Source: Candidatus Daviesbacteria bacterium RIFCSPHIGHO2_12_FULL_37_16
Lineage (GTDB): Bacteria > Patescibacteriota > Microgenomatia > Daviesbacterales > UBA10151
NCBI GenBank assembly: GCA_001776785.1
Contig: MFDF01000006.1
Coordinates: 16,769 to 80,768 of the forward strand
DNA length: 64,000 nt
Direction: 5' to 3'
Part shown: one piece after another, positions 55,724 through 63,552 of the stretch
Position numbering within the stretch: position 1 is the stretch's first letter
Layout of the letters: each line of letters starts with the position of its first letter
Notes under the pieces: generated by a model
Told to the model about the DNA's origin: nothing
What the model saw: only the letters and a program-made list of their open reading frames with translations
Database searches by the model: none
Made by a program: the position numbers and the translations under genes

Positions 55724-56605
55724 ATGGGACATAATATGATTAGTTTAAAAGATGCCCACCAGCAATTTATTGGCCATTTAAAGGGTAGAGGCAGAGCTTC
55801 TGCTACTATCTTAGCCTATGGCAAAGATATTGAGCAACTGGTTTCACACCTTCAATCCTTAGGAAAAGAGGATGCAAATGCTGTAGAAACAACTGACTTA
55901 CAGATTTTTATGGACAAGCTCTCAAAAGAGGCTTATACAGCTAAATCCATTTCAAGAAAGACTAATTCTACCAAAACTTTTTTTAAATTCTTAAAATCTT
56001 CAGGCATAATTGAAGATGATCCAGCCAGAGGCTTAGAACACCCTAAATTTGAGAATAAACCACCAAGAATTTTATCTGAGCTTGAATATAGGGCTTTAAG
56101 GGATGTTGCAAGATCAGATTTAAGGATGTTTGCCATTATTGAGCTCTTTTTACAGACTGGAATCAGGATTGGAGAGCTGGCAAAGATTACAGTTGATGAT
56201 GTGACTTTGGAGGGACCTACATCCGTGCTTCATATTAAACAGGCAGAAGGGGCTGTGGAGAGGACAATCCCTTTAAATAAACCTGCTGTAGAGGCTTTAA
56301 AGAGGTATTTAGAAGTAAGACCACAAACTCAAAACAAAACTTTATTTGTGACAAAAACTGGAAAACCACTTTTAATAAGGAATATCAGGACTGCAATTGA
56401 CAGATATTTTAGATTAGCAGGGATCTCAGGAGCAAAGGTGAATGATTTAAGACATACCTGGATTGCACATCACCTTAAATCTGGTACTTCCCTACTCCTT
56501 ATATCCAAATTAGCAGGACACAAAAGAGTTTCTACAACTGAAAGATATTTACAATTTATTACTGGGGTAACAAATGAAGGCAAAGTTCAACTAGAAGAAC
56601 TTTAA
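55724..56605 (+). CDS. XerC/D-like tyrosine recombinase
   Basis: SAM-like N-terminal domain, TGIRIGE, NDLRHT (H to N in HxxR), AGH and TERY. Confidence 0.9.
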   Translation: MGHNMISLKDAHQQFIGHLKGRGRASATILAYGKDIEQLVSHLQSLGKEDANAVETTDLQIFMDKLSKEAYTAKSISRKTNSTKTFFKFLKSSGIIEDDPARGLEHPKFENKPPRILSELEYRALRDVARSDLRMFAIIELFLQTGIRIGELAKITVDDVTLEGPTSVLHIKQAEGAVERTIPLNKPAVEALKRYLEVRPQTQNKTLFVTKTGKPLLIRNIRTAIDRYFRLAGISGAKVNDLRHTWIAHHLKSGTSLLLISKLAGHKRVSTTERYLQFITGVTNEGKVQLEEL

Positions 56606-56616
56606 AGAGATTCTGA

Positions 56617-57006
56617 ATGTTCTCCCCGGAAAGTTTAGTTAAATGGTATTTTACTCCTAAACCTTTTGAAAAAGATGGTAAAGTTTATGAACAACTTGGC
56701 ATCAAACACCTTGAGAAACTAGTAGTTATGATTGGTACTCACTTCAACTCTACGCACTACTTTCTAAAAGACTTCTCAATTTCTTCACTCACTCACTATG
56801 AAATGAATACTCGATTTTTTGAATCTACCCATTTAAAAGGATTTGGAGCTTTAGTGGTAGCGGCGGTGATTGTTAGTCCCTTAACTCGAGAAGGAGCAGC
56901 TATTGCTATTGCTGGAGCAGGAATGAACTTAGCGTTGGTAGCTTTACAACGATATAACAGAAGTCGAATTTACTCAATTTACGATAGAAAGGGTCTTGAT
57001 CACTAA
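56617..57006 (+). CDS. CrtO-like small membrane acyltransferase-family protein
   Basis: FE..G.VY..LGI, E..H and N....LQRYNR.RI pattern. Confidence 0.6.
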   Translation: MFSPESLVKWYFTPKPFEKDGKVYEQLGIKHLEKLVVMIGTHFNSTHYFLKDFSISSLTHYEMNTRFFESTHLKGFGALVVAAVIVSPLTREGAAIAIAGAGMNLALVALQRYNRSRIYSIYDRKGLDH

Positions 57007-57076
57007 TCTATCGGCTGGTGCGCGGACTATACACCCAATTCCCGTTTCACTCGAATTGCAGGATTTGAATTTAGTG

Positions 57077-57101
57077 TGGAGCAGCCTGGACTCGAACCAG
57101 G
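57077..57101 (-). pseudogene. Isolated tRNA/tmRNA-like 3' fragment (T-arm + acceptor strand)
   Basis: CCTGG-TTCGAGT-CCAGG-CTGCTCC-A, with no matching 5' half nearby. Confidence 0.7.
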
Positions 57102-57111
57102 AACTAATATG

Positions 57112-57182
57112 TAGGCCCGGAAGGAATCGAACCTTCGTCATGACTGTATAAGAATCAGGCATTACCATTATGCAACGGGCCT
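57112..57182 (-). tRNA. tRNA-Ile (TAT)
   Basis: AGGCCCG/CGGGCCT acceptor, GCAT/ATGC D-stem, TGATT-CTTATAC-AGTCA anticodon arm, GAAGG-TTCGATT-CCTTC T-arm, A73. Confidence 0.9.
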
Positions 57183-57316
57183 ATCGCGCTAATTGTACCA
57201 AAAAAGTCCACTTTTTTCTCCCTAAGAGTCTGAAATTGCCTTTATAGATAAGTATCAAAATAGTACACCCTAAGGGTGAATTAGCTAGGACACCTAGCCT
57301 TTATATGATTTGTATA

Positions 57317-57372
57317 GATTCCCGATCCCGTCTTCGCTGCGCTTCGGCAGGGCAAGCAAGTCGGGAATGACA
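57317..57372. repeat. ATTCCC...GGGAATGACA palindromic element
   Basis: gattcccga...tcgggaatgaca with an inner cttcgctgcgcttcggc. Confidence 0.75.
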
Positions 57373-57382
57373 GAGGGTGCGG

Positions 57383-59743
57383 TTATAGTCTGGCGCGGTT
57401 GGAGATTTCGGCTTCTACCATAGTTCTATCCCTGCCATAGGTTAACCTGGAGAGTTCTTTAATTGCCCTTCCTACATCAGGCCTTAACATAGCTTTCCAG
57501 GCTTTCATATCCTTAATAGTTGAAACAGAAAAAGGCGGGACAGGCTCACCTGCAACCTGAGTTTTCATATATACATGAAAGGCTTCAATATTGACTAAAT
57601 CTTTTTCATCAAAGATTGGTTGGAATTCATGCTGCAGGAAGCTAGCATCTGTTACTCCAACCCTAAAGGCTACAACTGACCCTACATTTCCAAAAACTGC
57701 ATTTTTTAAATCTTCCCCTATCTGGCCAATAAACTGATTGGCTACTGTTAAATTTAACCTGTATTTTCTGGCCTCAGATAAAATCTCTGCAAAGGTGTCT
57801 GTGGCGAAATTTTGAAACTCATCAACATAAAGATAAAAATCCCTTCTCTGGTCTACAGGCATATCTGCCCTGGACATGGCAGCAGCCAGTAGTTTTGGCA
57901 CCAAGACTAATCCCAGGAAGTTTGAGTATTCCTCCCCTATCCTTCCTTTAGAGAGGTTAACAATTAAGATCTTTCCTTCATCCATGACTTTTCTTAAGTT
58001 AAATGAAGACTCTGACTGGCCAATAATATTTCTCATCATGATGTTGGTGACAAAGCGGCCAAATTTGGAAACATTGTAGTCTAAGATCTCTGATTTGTGG
58101 AAGTCTGCAGTCTGGGCAATCTGGTCAGTCCAATACCTTCTGACAACAGGGTCACCAACATAGGGCAATAACTCTTTGACAAACTCAGGGTCTGTTAAGA
58201 CTCTAACAACCTCTAAAAATGTTCCGCCGGGACGGGACATAACAGTAAGCATGGCGTTTCTGACATTGTGTTCAAAGCGGGGGCCAATGATACCTGTTTT
58301 ATTTGGATCATAAAGTTTGTACATAAGTCCTATAATTGAGGCCACCACAAAGTGCTTTTGTTCTTCTGAGGTAGCTTCAAGCATGTTCACACCCATAGGC
58401 CTGTCTGTATCTGATGGGTCAAAGTAGATAACATCCTGGGCCCTATTGGGCGGGATAAGCTCCAACATCTCCTCTGCTGCATCACCGTGGGGATCAATAA
58501 AACATAAACCCTTGCCTGCATGGATGTCCTGGATCATTAAGGTTTTTAAAAGCTCTGATTTTCCTGTACCAGTCCTTCCGATAATATACATGTGCCTTCT
58601 TCTGTCATCCTCTGAAATATAGACAGGCCGTTCAACTCCCCTAAAGACAGATTTTCCTATATATAACCCAGAAGTTGGGATCTTTTCAGGAGCAGGTGCA
58701 GACTTGGCTGGCAGCCAGGTGATGTGAGGGGTTTCAATGGCTTTTGATGGAAAATGAAAAACAGAGGCTATCTCATCTGATGTTAAAACTGGCAATCTGT
58801 CAAAGCGTGGTAAGTATCTGTAAATAAAGTCTTTAATAAAACCTTTTTCAGAGCGAGTTTTCATGCCTGAGAAACCATTGTAAGGGCCATTAAACTGCTC
58901 AAATGAGGCCTTAATATTAGACAAATGTGCCCTGGCTGCTTCTTTTGAGGTAGAAGAGGTGACAATCCTGATAACTGCATTAAAGCCTGATTTTTGGATT
59001 TTTCCTTCAACTGCTTCAATTTGTTTTTGGTCGGGGGGGGCTTTAGGTTTTTCTCCATCTCCAGGGTCCCTTTCTTTTTTTATAAACTTTTTACCAGGCT
59101 CTTTCCACTTTCCATCTGCCGGGGCAATGATCATTTGGACTACTGCTCCCTCCCCTGGCTGCATTTTGGCTAAAGCTGATGTTAAACCGGAGAGGGGATC
59201 TGTTGGCAGGTCTTTATAAGTTTTTATTGGGAAGTAATTATTAGCTCTAAGCCCCAGCATGGTGTAGGCTACCTCACCTGTTTCTGAAAAGATGTTATAT
59301 TCAGGGACTTCTTTTATTGAGGCATCAGGGTAGGCTCCATTAATCTGCTTTTCTACCAGATCCTGGAATTTTTTATGACAGGAGACATAAAATCTGATGG
59401 ATTCAGGCAAGGCTACAATTTCAAAGGTGATGTGGGGCTGGGGCCTCAAAAAATCAAGCCAACTAATAAACCCGCCTGAGGTTTTAATAGAGTAAAGGGC
59501 GCTCATTAATTGTTCTGCTGCGTCTATTTTTATCTCATTTCCCCTGGGGATTGTGACCTGGAGGAGGACAAAACCTAATGAGTATTGTTCCCTGTCCCTA
59601 TATTTATACCAGCCTATGATGTGAGGCAAAAAATAATAGATTAGGCCTGCAATGGATAAAATGGCAGTAATAATACCTCCTGCTATTAGAAGCAGGCTGA
59701 AAAAATTAAAATTTTGTGGGGTTTGGGCAAGTTGAGCTTCCAA
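57383..59743 (-). CDS. VirD4/TraG/HerA-like membrane-anchored P-loop ATPase
   Basis: N-terminal TM, RRRHMYIIGRTGTGKS, IDPHGD, YVDEFQNF, SEARKY and ANQ. Confidence 0.9.
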   Translation of the reverse strand: MEAQLAQTPQNFNFFSLLLIAGGIITAILSIAGLIYYFLPHIIGWYKYRDREQYSLGFVLLQVTIPRGNEIKIDAAEQLMSALYSIKTSGGFISWLDFLRPQPHITFEIVALPESIRFYVSCHKKFQDLVEKQINGAYPDASIKEVPEYNIFSETGEVAYTMLGLRANNYFPIKTYKDLPTDPLSGLTSALAKMQPGEGAVVQMIIAPADGKWKEPGKKFIKKERDPGDGEKPKAPPDQKQIEAVEGKIQKSGFNAVIRIVTSSTSKEAARAHLSNIKASFEQFNGPYNGFSGMKTRSEKGFIKDFIYRYLPRFDRLPVLTSDEIASVFHFPSKAIETPHITWLPAKSAPAPEKIPTSGLYIGKSVFRGVERPVYISEDDRRRHMYIIGRTGTGKSELLKTLMIQDIHAGKGLCFIDPHGDAAEEMLELIPPNRAQDVIYFDPSDTDRPMGVNMLEATSEEQKHFVVASIIGLMYKLYDPNKTGIIGPRFEHNVRNAMLTVMSRPGGTFLEVVRVLTDPEFVKELLPYVGDPVVRRYWTDQIAQTADFHKSEILDYNVSKFGRFVTNIMMRNIIGQSESSFNLRKVMDEGKILIVNLSKGRIGEEYSNFLGLVLVPKLLAAAMSRADMPVDQRRDFYLYVDEFQNFATDTFAEILSEARKYRLNLTVANQFIGQIGEDLKNAVFGNVGSVVAFRVGVTDASFLQHEFQPIFDEKDLVNIEAFHVYMKTQVAGEPVPPFSVSTIKDMKAWKAMLRPDVGRAIKELSRLTYGRDRTMVEAEISNRARL

Positions 59744-59794
59744 GTTAATTGTCCTTTAGAAGTATTTTACAGTTGCTTTAATCTTAAAGCAATG

Positions 59795-60199
59795 TTAAGC
59801 GGCTTTTTTAGTACTGGTTACTTGTACCTGGCCCTGGATTCCCTGGGCTTTCATTTTTTTATTCATAGCTTCAATTTTTTCATTTAGGGCACTACCTGAT
59901 TTTCCAAAACCTATTTTAGAAACCCAATCCCTCTCAAGCTTTTCCAATACTGGGACATTATCCATAAGTCTGACAGTTTTGTATGGGTCAGGGACCTCAG
60001 GGATTTTTAAATCTGCATTTTTTAAATCATCCGGGGAGATAACTATCTGGTCCGGGAGAGGGTCATTTAAGTCATGTTTTGGGGATTGAACTGCTGAGGA
60101 TAAGGCAGGCTCCAGCGTTGCATCAGCAACATTCTGGGCAATATTTTCTTGGTGGGCTTTTTTCCAAGCATCAAGTTCAATTATTTTTTCTTCGGGCAT
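59795..60199 (-). CDS. Hypothetical protein
   Basis: 134-aa ORF between sodX and the ATPase. Confidence 0.6.
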   Translation of the reverse strand: MPEEKIIELDAWKKAHQENIAQNVADATLEPALSSAVQSPKHDLNDPLPDQIVISPDDLKNADLKIPEVPDPYKTVRLMDNVPVLEKLERDWVSKIGFGKSGSALNEKIEAMNKKMKAQGIQGQVQVTSTKKAA

Positions 60200-60209
60200 T
60201 AAATTTATC

Positions 60210-60488
60210 TTACCAGAAAATTAAAACTTTGCCCAATATTTTTGATCTGTCTACTTCACCAAAGTCTTTTGAGTCTAGAGTATTATCCCCTTCCACTTTA
60301 TATTTTTCACTTTCCACTTTAATAATTCTTTTAATAATAAATTTTTTATCTGATTTAAAAATAATTAAGTCATTTACTTTTGGTGGAGAAAAAAGGTAAG
60401 GCAAGAAACTGGCTATGACAAACTGACCAGGGTTTAGGGTGGGAACCATAGAGTGGCCTGAGACTTCAAATTTAGATAGCAATATCAT
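60210..60488 (-). CDS. sodX: NiSOD maturation peptidase (S26-like)
   Basis: V.G.SM.PTL..G, IKRI and GDN..DS.DFG. Directly downstream of sodN. Confidence 0.85.
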   Translation of the reverse strand: MILLSKFEVSGHSMVPTLNPGQFVIASFLPYLFSPPKVNDLIIFKSDKKFIIKRIIKVESEKYKVEGDNTLDSKDFGEVDRSKILGKVLIFW

Positions 60489-60495
60489 ATAAGCT

Positions 60496-60556
60496 TGTCA
60501 TTCCCGCGGAAGCGGGAATCCAGAACGCTGGATCCCCGATCATGTCGGGGATGACA
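60496..60556. repeat. TGTCAT...ATGACA element with a dRS3-like core
   Basis: tgtcattcccgcggaagcgggaatccag...ctggatccccgatcatgtcggggatgaca. Confidence 0.88.
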
Positions 60557-60563
60557 CTTTGTG

Positions 60564-61061
60564 TCATTTGTGAGAGACAATTTCACCTTCTGTTGGGTAG
60601 AGTGATGGAATTCTAACTGGTTCTAAATTTTTAGTCTGAAAAAAGATCTCTGCAATTTTTTGGGTGTTTTCTAAAAGCTCATTTGCTGCATCCAAATTAA
60701 TTTCCTGTTTAGTTTTTGAGGCTAATTTCATTGTTTTCCAGACTAAATCATGTAAATCTGGGAATTTTTCTAAGTGCTCTTCCTTAAAATAATCAGACCA
60801 TAAAACCTGGAGTTCTCTTTTTAATATTTCTGCATGGTCTTCTTTGACTTTGGTAAGCCTTGAAAGCTGATGAGTGTACTTTTTCTCAGACTGTTCACTA
60901 TCATCCTCCTCATTTAAATCCTGAATCATAGAAGTCATCCTGATTACAGTGTGAGATGCTGTCTGCATGTTGTGTGGGTCATAGATTCCACAGGGGATGT
61001 CACAGTGAGCATAAACTGGTTGTGATGGAAGAATTGAGAATAATGAATGAAGGATATTCAT
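60564..61061 (-). CDS. sodN: Nickel superoxide dismutase
   Basis: Ni-hook HCDIPCGIYDP after a short propeptide, KE.HA and LWSDYFK. Confidence 0.95.
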   Translation of the reverse strand: MNILHSLFSILPSQPVYAHCDIPCGIYDPHNMQTASHTVIRMTSMIQDLNEEDDSEQSEKKYTHQLSRLTKVKEDHAEILKRELQVLWSDYFKEEHLEKFPDLHDLVWKTMKLASKTKQEINLDAANELLENTQKIAEIFFQTKNLEPVRIPSLYPTEGEIVSHK

Positions 61062-61160
61062 TACAAAAATCTTAGCACTTTTTGGTAAAAAGAAAAGATA
61101 TAAAAGAGTAAGAAAAATTATTGATTTGAATACTATAAGTTACTGTGATATAATTTAAAC

Positions 61161-61457
61161 ATGTCTAATAAGGAAAATCCATTTGAAAACTTTGTAGAAA
61201 GATGGCCAATGCCTGAGTCTATGCATTCTGAAGAATTTCATGACTGGATAAAAGGCTTAGACCCTGAAGATCAGAAAAAAGTTTCAGGTCATCTTAGTAA
61301 TTTTATGAGAAGAAGCTTAGATGGAATGAGTTTGGAGCAGGTTATTGGAAAAGATCCTATAACAGAGGCTCCTGATGCCTATCAAAACGCCTTTCCCTCA
61401 ACTGATATTCCAGATATTTTTAAAAGTGCTTTTGAAAAAGGTTCTGATTCGAAATAA
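61161..61457 (+). CDS. Small hypothetical protein
   Basis: 98-aa ORF with TG.TATAAT 6 nt upstream. Confidence 0.65.
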   Translation: MSNKENPFENFVERWPMPESMHSEEFHDWIKGLDPEDQKKVSGHLSNFMRRSLDGMSLEQVIGKDPITEAPDAYQNAFPSTDIPDIFKSAFEKGSDSK

Positions 61458-61486
61458 GTTTTATTTTAGCTTTTCTAAATAGTCTC

Positions 61487-61777
61487 TTAAGGCTGTTTTT
61501 GAGTGGTTTTATTTAATTTTTCTTTAATCCACATTCTTGCCAAAGTTGTAGGACCAATCCCAAGATGTGATGCCTTTTTACGAAGCTGCTGAATATCATC
61601 AGATTCAAACCTTATAGTTAGAGTATCCATCTTGGCTGCATGATGGATACCAACTTTGATATCCTTTCCAAAAACATCAACCGCATCATGGGTATCCCAA
61701 AAATTGGCCTCCTCCTCTAAGGTTTTGAAAGGCTTAGTTGGCTTTATTGTTCCTTTTTTAGCAAATGTTACTTTCAT
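61487..61777 (-). CDS. CopG/BrnA-like antitoxin
   Basis: F.T.EEEA.FWDTHD and TIRF...A...GI..TTL.RMWI.E.L. Confidence 0.85.
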   Translation of the reverse strand: MKVTFAKKGTIKPTKPFKTLEEEANFWDTHDAVDVFGKDIKVGIHHAAKMDTLTIRFESDDIQQLRKKASHLGIGPTTLARMWIKEKLNKTTQKQP

Positions 61778-62067
61778 TTTTTATCCTCTTTTTCAAACTT
61801 ATTCTGATATAATAATTTCTCTTTTTTCTTAGCAGACCTTGCAGTTACTAATCCATATCTATGTAATCCAACTCTTTGACCTATTATAACAGTAATCAAT
61901 CTCTGGTTTAATGTTTTACCAGTAAGTAGTATCCTATCAGATTTTCCCCTAGCTGTAATATAATCACCAAATACTATTTCTAAAACTTCATCAATCGTAA
62001 CTTTATGCTTGGCTATGTGCTCTGGTCTATCTTCTTCAATAACTAGTTCCTCAATAATTAGATCCAT
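61774..62067 (-). CDS. BrnT-like toxin
   Basis: HI.KH.VT..EV.E, G.T...RLI.V and VTAR.A.KKE. 4-bp overlap with the antitoxin. Confidence 0.85.
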   Translation of the reverse strand: MDLIIEELVIEEDRPEHIAKHKVTIDEVLEIVFGDYITARGKSDRILLTGKTLNQRLITVIIGQRVGLHRYGLVTARSAKKKEKLLYQNKFEKEDKK

Positions 62068-62103
62068 AATTATTGTAACACGTTGTCTTACAAAATGTAT
62101 ATA

Positions 62104-63033
62104 CTATTTTAAATTTTCTAGGTAGTCTTCTACTTCCAGGGCGGCTTTGGTGCCTGCACCTGCGGCTGTGACACCTTGGCGGTATTTGTGGTCTGAGACA
62201 TCCCCTGCTACAAAGACTCCATCTACTGAGGTGTAGATTTCATCTGTTACTAAAATATAACCTTTTTCATCCAGATCTATCTGGCCTTTTAGAAAACCTG
62301 TATTTGGTTTGTGGCCAATGGCGACAAAAACCCCATCAATGGGCATTTGGGAGATTTCACCAGTTTGAGTATCTTTTAATTTAACTCCTGTAACTTTTTG
62401 ATCTCCCAGGATCTCTTCTATAACTGTATTAAATTTAAATTCCACATTTTCTTTGGATTTAACCAGCTCTTCTAAAGCAGCCTGGGCGCGCAAGCTGTCA
62501 CGGCGGTGCACGACAGTCACTTTATTTGCAAGCTTAGATAAATGCTGGGCTTCCCTCATGGCTGTATCCCCTCCTCCAACTACTATTAAATTTTTGCCTT
62601 TAAAGAAAAAGCCATCACAAACTGCACATGCAGATACCCCCTTGCCAATAAATTTTTGCTCAGACTCCAGACCCAACCATTGTGCTGATGCACCTGTGGC
62701 TATTATAATGCTTTCAGCTTTTAGACTACTGCTTTCAGTATTAACCACGAATGGTTTTTGAGAAAAGTCCACAGATACAACGTCTTCTTCAATAAATCTG
62801 GTATCAAACCTACTAGCCTGCTTTCTGATTTTTTGCATCAACTCTGGCCCCTGGATGCCTTCAGGAAATCCTGGAAAGTCATCCACGTCTGTTGTCAGCA
62901 TTAATTGACCGCCAGCTGCCCTGCCTGAAATTACCAGGGGATTTGCCCCTCCGCGGGCTGCATAAATGGCTGCAGTTAAACCTGCAGGACCAGAACCAAT
63001 AATAATAAGCCTTTCAACTTTGGGATTTTCCAT
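62104..63033 (-). CDS. trxB: Thioredoxin reductase
   Basis: IGSGPAGLTAA, CAVCDG, GGGDTA, HRRD and FVAGDV. Confidence 0.97.
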   Translation of the reverse strand: MENPKVERLIIIGSGPAGLTAAIYAARGGANPLVISGRAAGGQLMLTTDVDDFPGFPEGIQGPELMQKIRKQASRFDTRFIEEDVVSVDFSQKPFVVNTESSSLKAESIIIATGASAQWLGLESEQKFIGKGVSACAVCDGFFFKGKNLIVVGGGDTAMREAQHLSKLANKVTVVHRRDSLRAQAALEELVKSKENVEFKFNTVIEEILGDQKVTGVKLKDTQTGEISQMPIDGVFVAIGHKPNTGFLKGQIDLDEKGYILVTDEIYTSVDGVFVAGDVSDHKYRQGVTAAGAGTKAALEVEDYLENLK

Positions 63034-63078
63034 GGATATTATTCTAACATGGGGAAAAGTTCTTTAACATTACTAAAA

Positions 63079-63175
63079 GTACCACGGGGTTTTAAGGTAT
63101 CACGAGTATCACGGGGACATAAGTCCTTTTTATCTTACCCGTGGTACCTGTGGTACCCGTACCTCCCGTGATACC
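63079..63175. repeat. 9-mer tandem tract in inverted arrangement
   Basis: gtaccacgg..gtatcacga-gtatcacgg, a spacer, then ccgtggtac-ctgtggtac..ccgtgatac. Confidence 0.8.
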
Positions 63176-63180
63176 CTTCC

Positions 63181-63423
63181 TTACCTTGCTGTAGCTGCAG
63201 GTGTTGCAGTTTTAGTCCCTGATTTAGTTGCTTCTTTGGGGCTAGCTGAAGCAGAAGCAGTAGGTGTAGGGCTAAGTATTGGTGAAGGTGATATTGTTAC
63301 TTGTGGAGTTGGGCTTGGTGAGGCTTCTGTGGTAGCTTGGTACCTTCCCCTAAGCCAGACTAAGTAGGCTGCCAAAAGCACAATGATCAAAATGATTACT
63401 ACTATAGTTACATTTCTACTCAA
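63181..63423 (-). CDS. Small membrane-anchored Ser/Thr/Pro-rich protein
   Basis: N-terminal TM segment, low-complexity SPTP tail and a GGGGTG SD-like sequence. Confidence 0.75.
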   Translation of the reverse strand: MSRNVTIVVIILIIVLLAAYLVWLRGRYQATTEASPSPTPQVTISPSPILSPTPTASASASPKEATKSGTKTATPAATAR

Positions 63424-63552
63424 AAGTTAAATCACCCCAATCCTTGGCAGTTTGGATTTAGTATATTGACCTAGATTTATTTTGACAAGTACTTAAAATT
63501 TGTAATTTGAATTACTGACAAAAATCAAATTCAGTTATAGATTAAATACAGC

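Noticed and set aside
55705-55735. dif-like site before the recombinase
   Set aside because: Only the central tatata-ttatg resembles dif. A TTGACA-17-TATATT promoter explains the sequence better.
57020-57040. Group I intron hint (gtatagtcc on the minus strand)
   Set aside because: The segment is too short, other core elements are missing, and there is no 5' exon.
57383-59743. Conjugative element/ICE
   Set aside because: A lone VirD4-like ATPase with no relaxase or VirB genes nearby. Such ATPases are common chromosomal genes in CPR.
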